Of a DNA stretch of 64,000 nt, positions 25,801 to 35,597 are shown piece after piece. How positions within the stretch are numbered: position 1 is the first letter of the stretch; the number at the start of each line of letters is the position of its first letter. Source of the DNA: Phoronis australis. Its lineage: Eukaryota > Animalia > Phoronida. Made by a program: the position numbers and the translations under genes. Location: contig NMRA01000912.1 in NCBI GenBank assembly GCA_002633005.1, positions 37,629-101,628 on the forward strand. The letters run 5' to 3'. A model generated the notes under the pieces. That model saw only the letters and a list, made by a program, of their open reading frames with translations. It did not search any database and had not been told where the DNA came from.

Positions 25801-28800
25801 AGGATGATTCTGATTACCGGTATGCCTCTAGTGGCAATTTTAGTATTTGCCTCTAGTGGCAATTTTAGTATTTTACATTGACCTCTGTATTTTCATAGGT
25901 CTTCAGGTGTATACTTTGTGTTACTTCGTGACTGTGAAGGAAAAGTTCCAAGTAGAAATTTGTTTCTGGCATTCTAATGCTGTGCTAATCTCGTATGTTG
26001 GTAAATTTGTTTTTAATTCTATGTTTCTGTGGTGCTTTAAGCAACTGGTGTATAGGATGTGCTTGTATTATGAAGATTACTCACATTTTGCCCCTAGCCT
26101 ATTGAGAAGACAATGACCATGCCTTTCCATTTTGCAAAGTATGCCCTCTACTGGCCACTTTATGGTACCAATAAACAACCCTAGAAGGATACCGTATGCG
26201 GTGCAATTGTGGGCGCATTTCAACGCTCCGCGTTGCTCTTGTGTTGTATTTGACCCAACCAAGTTGGCTTTCAGGTGTTAGCGAATGTTACATTGAATTG
26301 CAATAGTGGACACTATGTTTACTACGGCAGACACGCCTAGGCGTGTTAACTGAATGGCATAGATTTTATTATATAACGTGCAATTAATCAGTTTAGGCAG
26401 TATAAAAATACAAAAACGTGGAAGTTTCTGTTTGTAGATCTTGTTGCGTAATGACGGATTTCTGGGATTCCCCGGTGGCGAAACACTGACAAGCGAGTCG
26501 GTAATCGACGGAGTTAACCGAAGAATGCAAGAAGAAATAGGACTAGATTTGTCGAAGCATCGTTGCACTGGAAAAGACTATATGGTGACTTATAAAAAGC
26601 CGGGGACAGACATGCTGTTTCACTTTTTTGCCAAGGAAGTTTCCTTCAAAGACTTTCTTCTGATAGAGAGCACTGCAATGTCCTCAGGACAATACGGGAA
26701 AAAGGTTCGTATAGCGTTTCTGAATCACTTTTCTACCTTAATTACGGATAACGCTTGAAGGAGTCTGCGCAACAAGTTGGGGGTAATTCGCCACAGCGTC
26801 GTGTGTTCTATGGCATCCTTACGGTGCGAAATAGAATTCTCGAAGTACGCCACTAAGGAATTTATATTCCCTGATCTTCTCCATAATTGATTGCATTACG
26901 TTCAACTTTCCACTGTGCAGTTAGCGACAAGGCAAGTCAATGTCAGTGTCTAAGGTGAAAAAATGTGTGTTCCTTAGCAGACTGAAGAGACACGTCCCTG
27001 ATAAATCTCTTGCCTACGCCGCTCATACATTCTTTTTTTAGACCCATGAAAAGGTCAAGACAAACACGCCACGTGTCTTTCACTCCAAATGTTAAGCCTA
27101 GATTTTCAATTACTTGATAGAAATGTTTCAGACGACTACGAAAGCTAAACTGCTGCGGTAACGACATTGAAATGCGGTTTAGACCGTAGGTGGCACTCGA
27201 CAGTTTTTGATGATTTGGGCTTGAAAATGAACCACTGAGGTCGAATCAGCTCCAGCAGTCTGTTCCACAGGATGTAAAAATCTTGCACAAAGTCTAACGA
27301 AACTGATTCCAACGTCAATTTTCCACCTTTTACGACTGCCGGAAGTGCCGCCGGCTACTTGAAAAAACAATAAAAAATATGCCAAATCAGTAGTTTTCAC
27401 AGCAGTTACTACGAACTGAGAGAGAAAGCATTCAGACTGCCAAAACCGTCTCCAGATTCCAGAAATCAGGTTAAAAGTGGGTGTCGACAAGCCAGATTTT
27501 TCACAAATCCAATTAGTCTGAAGAGTACCTGAATTTCCTGCTCAATTTCAACTTCCCGTTTGCAAGCACTGACAAGCCACGGTTGAGCAATAAGTGGGTC
27601 AAGGGGTCAACATTTGACAATCTTTCAATCATAACAGATTCAAAAATCAAGCAAATGCCATTCGTAGCCTTCACATGTAGACAGAACTTGAAATGCCCAA
27701 CCAACCCAGCAGGCCCCAAATTGGGGGTTATCAAACTGAACTGTGGCTCAATTAAAAAAGCTATTGAGTGTCACCATAGGCCTACATGAAGAAAACCCGC
27801 CATCGTACTCACTATCTCGAAACCAGGTGGGGTGCGTGGTGCGATTGATTCCAAGACGTCGTGCTTGGATGCCGGGTGAGGTGGAGAAAGCACACCTAAT
27901 GTTGTGTCACTGGACCTCACCTTTTACTCATTAAGTTAATGATGACCTGTAGTGTCCTTTTGTCATCTCTCGCGCCGGACATTGGAAAGAATTCAGTATT
28001 TTCGCAAACGGCTTTATAAACTTGTGGTTTTTGCCCCTGTATGGCGCCTGTACTAACCAAGTGTGGCATGAGCGTTAACGCAACCGACTTCTTACTTCTT
28101 ACGCAGGGGCGGATCCAGGATTTTGAGTTGGGGGGGGGGGGCAGGGNGGGAATAACCAGAATTTCGGCAGATGCGCTCGTCCAGCCTAAAATGTGAGGAC
28201 GCAGAGGCCTCTAATGTTTGGAGTTGCGGACCTGTTGACTAAAAAAAAAACGGTAAGCGGGGTTTGTTCAGTTTGCTCAGGGCCTATGCATTGTTTATTT
28301 ATCCCCCGACGAGCCCCTGCTTGCGCGCACCCGGACTCCCAAATGGCCCCCTTGACCCCCCTCTAAATCCGCCACTGCTATCCCAGAGAGTACCCGACAT
28401 CAGTTCATCATTTTTTTAATGTTTATTACGAAATCTTCAGAATACAATGAATATACATAACCCAGAAAGCGCCAAGAGGCATTAGATCTGGGTAAAAAAA
28501 TACAAAGAAGTCTATATACAATGATTATATACGAATACATAAATAAAAAAACTGATGTTAAGAATACAATGATATATGACAACGAATGAAAATAATTCAT
28601 TTTCATACAGATATATAAAATTCTATTCACTCACACAAAGAGATTTAATGTTATAAAGAAATTCTGATACTATTTCAAATAAAACCTTATTTTCGTTTGA
28701 GTTAAGTTCTTGACATCCATATACTATAGAAAGAAATTAATTTTGTTGTACAATTGCGGAATTTCAGAATATTTTTTATAAACATTGGGGTATTGTTCGA

Positions 28801-29342
28801 GTGCCTGGAAGAGTTGTACCCTCTCCTTCTTGCATACCTCACAAGCAAAGAAAACATGAGGATATGTCTGGGTATCTCCATGAAATGCGTTTTTCTCTCC
28901 ACGCTCAATCTCTAACTCGGGATGTGACGACTTGAAAATTTACTCAGAGAACTCGTGGCTCGTAATTCGTCAGTTTTGGAGTCGAGTCTCATGTAAAATT
29001 TGTGGTCACAGGTCTTGGCGACTGAAAACTCTGCCAGCTGCTGTGAAGAAAGATATTTCCTAACGCCTTCCTCATTGATTTGTGTATTGTTAGAGTTTTG
29101 GGTCAGATTCACCGACTATACCAAGCTTACATTTCATGACGTAAGTCACATATAAAATGACAATTTGCTACTTTCAACAGGTACTCGGGTGCATGAGAAT
29201 ACCTTTATGCACGTTGGAGAAATCTCGTGGATGGCCGGCTTTCTTAAAGAACAACTTTGCAGAGAACTCGAAACAACAAATGTGCCAGGCGTTACTAATG
29301 CATGGAATTCTGGAACCGAGCGAAATTCCCCAGCCGATGTAA
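22704..29342 (+). CDS. NUDT16: NUDT16-family Nudix protein (U8 snoRNA-decapping enzyme-like), 197 aa, 3 exons
   Basis: join(22704-22868,26438-26704,29181-29342), phase-0 GT-AG introns; LLRNDGFLGFPGG, HFFAKEV, VLGCMRIPLCTL..GWPAFLKNNF resemble human MQMRFDGRLGFPGG, HFYAKRL, VLGLVRVPLYTL..GLPTFLENSF. Confidence 0.9.
22885..23360. repeat. Unclassified interspersed repeat, copy 2
   Basis: shares ttgttcgataattgctctaatctccaata..ctgactgggctgtg..aaagttaag with 13640-14155. Confidence 0.8.
23582..24005. mobile_element. TA-flanked MITE with ~60-bp imperfect TIRs
   Basis: ta|CTGCTGTGCGTAAACTTGGAATC..GATTCCAAGTTCACCCACTGCAG|ta. Confidence 0.7.
24710..25870 (+). mobile_element. Helentron-associated / DINE-1-like non-autonomous element with internal tandem repeat
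   Basis: terminal hairpin ATGCGCCCACATAT-TT-ATATGTGGACGCAT next to T-run, (CCGT)n microsatellite, 450-bp unit duplicated (24905 vs 25355) built of ~150-bp monomers. Confidence 0.75.
26438..26704 (+). CDS. NUDT16: NUDT16-like exon 2 (Nudix box)
   Basis: tgtag|ATC..AAG|gttcgt; GETLTSESVIDGVNRRMQEEIGL has GX5EX7R.UXEEXGU spacing. Confidence 0.92.
28105..28377 (+). mobile_element. GC-rich-ended MITE (CAGGGGCGGATCC family)
   Basis: CAGGGGCGGATCC..AATCCGCCACTG; internal sequence shared with 58820-59017 and 62349-62640. Confidence 0.75.
29181..29342 (+). CDS. NUDT16: NUDT16-like exon 3
   Basis: aacag|GTA..TAA; AATAAA at 29515. Confidence 0.9.
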   Translation, partial: VLGCMRIPLCTLEKSRGWPAFLKNNFAENSKQQMCQALLMHGILEPSEIPQPM

Positions 29343-29815
29343 TCAAGTTCAAACCGCCCTAGGAGCCTTAGGAAAAACACCATATGACACAAATATTAAA
29401 GGATCCACAGAAAAGGTGAAATGGTGTTATGTGAGGACAGAGCTATTGAGCAATTTCGGAAACCAAGTTTGTTTATTAAAACATGTTTTCTGAATGTATT
29501 GAACACAGTGCAAGAATAAATATTTTTATACACACGTGCTATAGTAAGTAGTTGTTGAAAGTTCATTGTACTCGAATTAAATCTAGTCTGCTGAACAATA
29601 CTCACAAGATTAAAGGCGAAGGCAACCTTTTTTCATGTCACTTTTAGCAAAAATAAGGTTCGTTGATTATCCCAGACACATTTTCCACTTAATTACAGCT
29701 TTTCGTAATTTGATTAATTTCTCGTCCTCTACTCCGGAAGTGACATTTTGGGAGGCAAGAGTTTCGCGCCAATTTCTTTTCATTATAGTCTGACTGTGAG
29801 AGCTGTCGAGTCAGT

Positions 29816-30997
29816 TTCACCCAAGGGACAAACTCAGGTATCCCAGTTCGCCGACGATCTCGGGTTCTGAGCAAGTGAAAAACAGGAGACAGTTGTCCAA
29901 GCACGCTTCCAGCGGGCACTATCAAAACTGGAGGACTGGTGCTCCATCTGGCGCATCAAACTCAATGCCGCAAAATCACAGGTCATCCTGTGTCACCGCA
30001 AACGCAAACTGCGACCGTTCAGTCTTTCACTATTTGGTGTCAGGCTCACAGCAAAAGCAGAGGCCACTCTGCTAGGGGTAACCTTTGATCAAAGACTGAC
30101 GTTACAACCCCACGTCGCACGCGTGTGTGACCGTGCAAGAACCAGAGTCAAGCTTATGTATCGATTGAAGGGCACAGGGCGGGGCGCTAGGAGCGACTGC
30201 CTACTACTGATCTACAAAATGTTCATCAGACCCCTATTCGAATATGACGCGATCGACATTTCAACCTGTGCTCCTTCCACAATCGAAAGACTACAGAAAC
30301 TACAAAACTGGGCGCTGAGAATTGCCGAACTGACACACTACACGAACTCGCCGGAATGCAGACTGTCTCCGACACGCTGCAGTCACTCCGCGAAGCCACA
30401 CTAAGCCGCATTTCCGAGACAAGCCTATTCCAGGAGCACTTAAGGGTCCTAGCCCTGCTCAACTGGTAAAAACTGTCCCGACGGGGCAGTATAAAGACAA
30501 CCAAACTGTCGTGACAACCATGTACCGGAGCACTAAGGGTTCGGGCCCTGCGCTACTGGTAACTGTTCCGACGGGGCAGTATAAAAATTCGTGACAACCT
30601 TCTACCGGAGCACTAAGGGTTCGGGCCCTGCGCCACTGGTAACTGTTCCGAAGGGGCGTCGGGGCAGTATAAAGACAACGGGGAAAAAAATTTCGCGACG
30701 GGGCAGTATAAAGACAACCAATCGGTAGCATGACAGCTGTTGCCAACAAGCTGGCTTCATGCGAATCAAACTCTAAGCTGTTGCCATCAAGCCAGCTTCA
30801 CACCTACGATGTCAATAACGCTGTTGCCATCCAGCCAGCGTCTCGTCTCCAGAAGAAAACTGAGATCAAGAACACCACCTCTACCACCACCGGCCTACCA
30901 GGTCCTGACCTCGATCTACGTCCACACCAACCACAGCAAGGGCAGAAGGCGAGAGCCTCCGATCTCGCGAAGCTGTGTCTTCATCTACTCTACTCTC
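29816..30997 (+). mobile_element. 5'-truncated LINE (I/Jockey-group-like RT C-terminus)
   Basis: SQFADDL..LSKLEDWCSIWRIKLNAAKSQVI..LLGVTFDQRLT..YKMFIRPLFEY; 13-bp TSD CTGTCGAGTCAGT (29803-15, 30998-31010); (TACTC)n-like tail. Confidence 0.9.
30433..30720 (+). repeat. ~80-95-bp tandem repeat inside the LINE 3' region
   Basis: 3 units GGAGCACTAAGGGTTCGGGCCCTGCG..CTGTTCCGACGGGGCAGTATAAA plus a partial. Confidence 0.85.
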
Positions 30998-31074
30998 CTG
31001 TCGAGTCAGTCATTGTTCCACCTCGGTTGTTATAAGTTCGGTCGTCGTTTGCTTTTGTTTACAAGTCAGTCAAC

Positions 31075-31350
31075 ATGCCACGCTGTTGCTGCGTGCCGGG
31101 ATGTACTCAGTATCGTCTCACACGCGGTTTGGGTACCTTGCGTCGCTTTCCGAAGGATGACACACTTCGCCGTACTTGGCTAGCTCGTTCATGTGAAGAA
31201 CGCAGCGCTACCCGTCCACGCAACGTACAAAGCAGTGGAGGGTTACCGAGTGTGTGGCAAGCATTTTCTGCCGTCAGATTATGACAGAGATATGTACGCT
31301 GAATTGATGAAGGTCCCTGCGAAACAACACCTGAAGAAGGGTACCGTCGC
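31075..31350 (+). pseudogene. Frameshifted THAP zinc-finger (transposase N-terminus)
   Basis: MPRCCCVPGC..RFPKDDTLRRTWL then shifted frame YRVCGKHFLPSDY..LKKGTV. Confidence 0.85.
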
Positions 31351-34059
31351 TGTTGATTCCCGGCAGTGCTCCGTCGCCAACCCCGAGACGTGCGTTTTTG
31401 AAGCGAGAAGCCTCGCGAGCTGTGGCCACTATATACAGTGACTGAAGGCACTTCATCTACTGTCACCCGTGCCTCCGAACGTACCCCATCTTGCGTGCAA
31501 TTCCGGTAACTAGCAGTGACTCGCCCTGTGTTGTTGTTTCTAGGCCCGGCAGAGCCTGTAAGCAGCCCTGCAGCCATGTTGAGTAGTGGGAGTGAATACA
31601 GGCCCAGTTAGACACCCAGTTAAGAGGACAGTTCGTCATCCTAATGAACACATCGGTGAGCCTAAGTTTGATTATAAGTTTATTGTGGACTTGTATTGGA
31701 GCTATTTGGAAGGTGCCAGGTGTGTGACGAGGGGGTCACACGGCGGGATGTAAGCAGTTTGGGTGCTCAGATCACTCTCCAGTGGGAGTGTGTCGCGGGA
31801 CACTCGGGCAAGTGGGACAGTTCTTCCTCTGTACGTGAGACGATAATGAGTACACCCCAGTAGGCAGCAACAGCGTGGCATGTTGACTGACGCGTAAGCA
31901 AAAGCAAACGACGACCGAACTTATCACAACCGAGGTAAAACAATGACTGAATCGACTACTCTCACAGTCAGACTATATGAAAAGAAATTGGCGCGAAATT
32001 CTTGCCTCCCAAAACGTCACTTCCGGAGTAGAGGACGAGAAATTAATCAACTTACGAAAAGCTGTAATTAAGGGAAAATATGTCTGAGATAATCAACGAA
32101 CCTTGTTTTTGCTAAAAATGACATGAAAAAAGGTTGCCTTCGCCTTTAAACTTCTAATCTCTAGAATTTACACAATGTCTGCAGTATTTGTACATGAACT
32201 TCATTACTGCACTTCGTAAAACAGGAAGTGCAATCGTTTCTATGCAACCGACACTGTGTATTAAGAGAGTACCAATAATTTAAACGGATACTATTAACCA
32301 GCATGCTTTGCGCGGATTCAGTACACAAACCACCACCTATTACTAACTGTGAAATTCGATACTTCCCTGGAATGATGAAAACACTGTTCATCTAAATTGC
32401 CATCAGTGAATTACACAAAGGATTCGGTTTATCGAGATGAGTGACCTTGCCCACAGTCGTCATTTAAATGACCCGAAGCGTTAGTCACACTCTCCCATCC
32501 AGTGGCAAATTTTGTAAGGAGTTATGGAAGTTGAATGATCAAACTTTTTAAAAAAGATTAGTAAAGGTCTACACAGCATTATTTTGTTTCAATAATTGAA
32601 ACGTCATGTCGGTGTTAATGTCGGGTAATGGTCAAAACCGGATTTAGTATCGCTTTAAGTAGGATGAAATTCTTACAGCCTGCTATTTCAGAAACACTTT
32701 CTAACAAAAATTGGTGGGAGGTTCCACTTTTCCCGGCTGGGCATTGTTAGGTCGTCCACAATATTTCAAAAATGACTGAAACAACGACAAATGTAACGGG
32801 GGTGGTCGAGCTTTCAAAAATACTTTTTGTCAGTGGTGGCAGCACGAGCATACATGTACACAGAAGACGGCACTGTCCTTACACCGCTTTGTTATTAGCT
32901 GCCATTTTGATATGCGCAAAGGTTTCTGGGAAAATGTTTGATGTACGTTCGGAAGAGATTCCTCAGCAATACGCCCGTAAGGTGCTCTTTGAGTGTTTGA
33001 TAATCAGAGTGGCCAAAAGGCTATATGGTTGTTAGGTTTTAACTGTCAATGCCAAATTTATAAGCGTGAAGAAAGCTTATCAATGTGATCAGATTTCATC
33101 AATAACATAAGGAAATACATACATGTACTGAACAATTTTTGATCTTTAGCGGTGTAGAAAAAACGCACTCACTCAGAGTATCAGCCGATCTTTTTGTTTT
33201 GAATTATTTAGTTACTTTAAACCAACACCTGCCATAATATGGAAAATGTCCTAAAGAGCGACCCGAGCGAGTGTTTTTTTTCTGAAAACCGCTGTTGGAT
33301 TGGAAAAATGGCGTTCTTTCAGTTTTTTAACGCTAGGCATACCTGCTCGCTACATGCCAGATATCAGAAGTCCATTTAGGTGAAAACATGTTTGCCACTC
33401 CAACGCAACAAAAAACATCAACACCTTTTGAACCGTAGCATCATCATCGTCGCAAATGTTTCATTTCAGTCTAAAATCACTGAGCGAAGTGCCAGATTGA
33501 GTTTTAAACTTTAAAAAGTTTGACTTTCCGAGCAGATTTTTTCTTAAAAGTCACTATTGTTTTTCTAAAATCTAGTTCATGTTAATTTCCCCTTTTTAAT
33601 CGGCTCTCGTTTGGGGGCGCTCTTTTAGGGTAGCGGTTTTTGGAAAATCCTAATAGGTGTTAGCACCAGCCTACAATTTCCAATTAAAAAACAAACGTAG
33701 TGCTTAGTACACTAATGTGTACTTGTACATGCGCACTAAGCCAGGGTGCACGTGGTCTTAGATCAATAGCAAGAATCTTCGCTGCATCCCGCGAACCAAA
33801 TAACAGCTGTGCGTATTTTCTTTCAATGATTGGGTGCACTAGAGCATGCGCCCAATTCCGATAGGCGTAGTTTCAAATGTAGGCCCATCGTGTGCCGAAC
33901 TTACGCACATTAAAGATCGATCATAGAATTTCGTAAAAACGATGATATTCTATAAATCGAGGGAGAGTTTCTGAAGTTCTGTGGTTTCCGTCTTTTACTT
34001 CAAGATTAGTCAAATATCTTTTCAATTCTATAGAAAGAGGCATTCTGATGTAAGATATA

Positions 34060-34240
34060 GCAAGCTTCAACCCGTCTCCAATCAGAAACTAGCCTTCGGA
34101 CTATCGGCCCTTTACCCCTCGCCGAATTTTATTAAGGACTTTCAGCCATTCGGGAATCGAAAGATGCTCAAGAGTTGTCTGAACAACCCGAGTTTGTATA
34201 ATTATCATCAATACCGCTGTCCGGTGTAGACACCTCGCAG
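34060..34240 (+). mobile_element. Possible highly decayed LINE RT fragment
   Basis: PSDYRP / NFIKDF..LYNYHQY across a frameshift resembles YRPISL..K.FE..HQYGF. Confidence 0.3.
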
Positions 34241-35199
34241 TCTTCACTACCGAGTGTGTCGAAAAAACCAGGAATGCCATCATGAAATACAGGCAGTGAG
34301 TTTCATGATGGTACGACAATCACAACCGACAACGAATCTACACATAGTCCAGCCGGAAACACGTCACAGCACACCGATTCATTACTCACTCGCCTCAGTT
34401 GCGCCGATCCACTCGGAATAGTTCGCGTCCAGAAATCGTTTCTTGGACCGTCGGATAAGACTGGTGTTAAGCTCGTTGACGGGTGACATTAGTGTTACTG
34501 TGGGATTAGTGTTAGCGTTTATTAAGGGACCTCAGTTGGACATTTTGTATCTGAGAGACAGTGAAACTTCTCTTTGGGATTCCTGCTAGAAGGGAGGAGT
34601 TGCAATAGACAAACTTTAGTGCCATCTCTGGGCGCCCTCTAGCTGTGTGTCAGTTTTAGTTACCTCCATTTTTGGAATACAATGTGGTGCTATCATTACG
34701 AGATATCTTCGATTATTATTAAGATACACCATCCAGAACAATAACTTAAAGTCAACTTTTGTACGGACACACATGTTACGTCTTTTGATATTTCATTAGG
34801 CAAGCCTTAAGCTTACAGGATTTGTACGCAAGTGGACGAGAAAGCGTGTATCGTTTGAGTTTTTAAAATCGATGCATTATAAGAGAAATTAGTGAAGAGG
34901 TTTTCTCAGTATCGCCGCTGATCCAAGAGCAGTCATGAAAAGATTCGGACGGGTAAGTCACTGTGTGGCTCAAGTCACGCTCGCGTACGCGAGGGGGTAA
35001 CAAAACCTCAAATATTTGCGTTGGATTTGCCTCGCGTAAAACTTTGGAAGTGCATAAAATACACATATGGTTGTTTTCACACAAGTTCAACATTTTATTC
35101 ACAAGAGTTTCAGTGAGAATGTACAGGTGTAAACCATGTTATATAAAAAGGCCGAGAAATTTGCCGCACCTGCGCAGTTGTTGCAGTCAATAAAATTCA

Positions 35200-35597
35200 A
35201 TAGGGATGTCCCGGATTAAACAGCGATGCAATCTCACTGTACCCACATCGCCGAAACATCCGTCAAGCATCTTTGCTGCCTCTTTTTCGTGCCAATGGAG
35301 CTTCATATTTTATTTGTTGTCGTCTGATTCTTTACAAGTTTTTTCTTCTCGGTTACATTACTCTATTCGTCCTTCCAATGTCAACGAAGTATTACTTCTG
35401 TGCTGTGTTCTGCAACTCCGACGTGAGAATTTTTTTATAAACTGGACAAACACCCGTGGATGCGTGATCTGAAATTCTTTGAATTCTCTAGAGCAATGAG
35501 GGACACGAAAATGCGCCTGATTTCCAAAACGAGGTTACAAGCTTTCTAATTTCCGGGACTAAGGAGAGTTCTATCGTTGTGTATTTCAGATATCCGT
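35200..35597. mobile_element. MITE-like repeat, copy 2
   Basis: colinear with 4325-4710. Confidence 0.65.

Larger units (their letters stand above)
29614..32145 (+). mobile_element. Kolobok-like DNA transposon derivative with THAP remnant
   Basis: TTAA TSD (29610-13, 32146-49), AG..CT termini, ~280-bp inverted arms, THAP relic inside. Confidence 0.85.

Noticed and set aside
30433-30460. Twister-ribozyme-like AGGGTCCTAGCCCT
   Set aside because: Other twister elements not found; segment is explained as the LINE ORF end
30730-31651. Several overlapping ORFs of 60-156 aa
   Set aside because: By-products of GC-richer LINE UTR and THAP relic; only the THAP frames are meaningful
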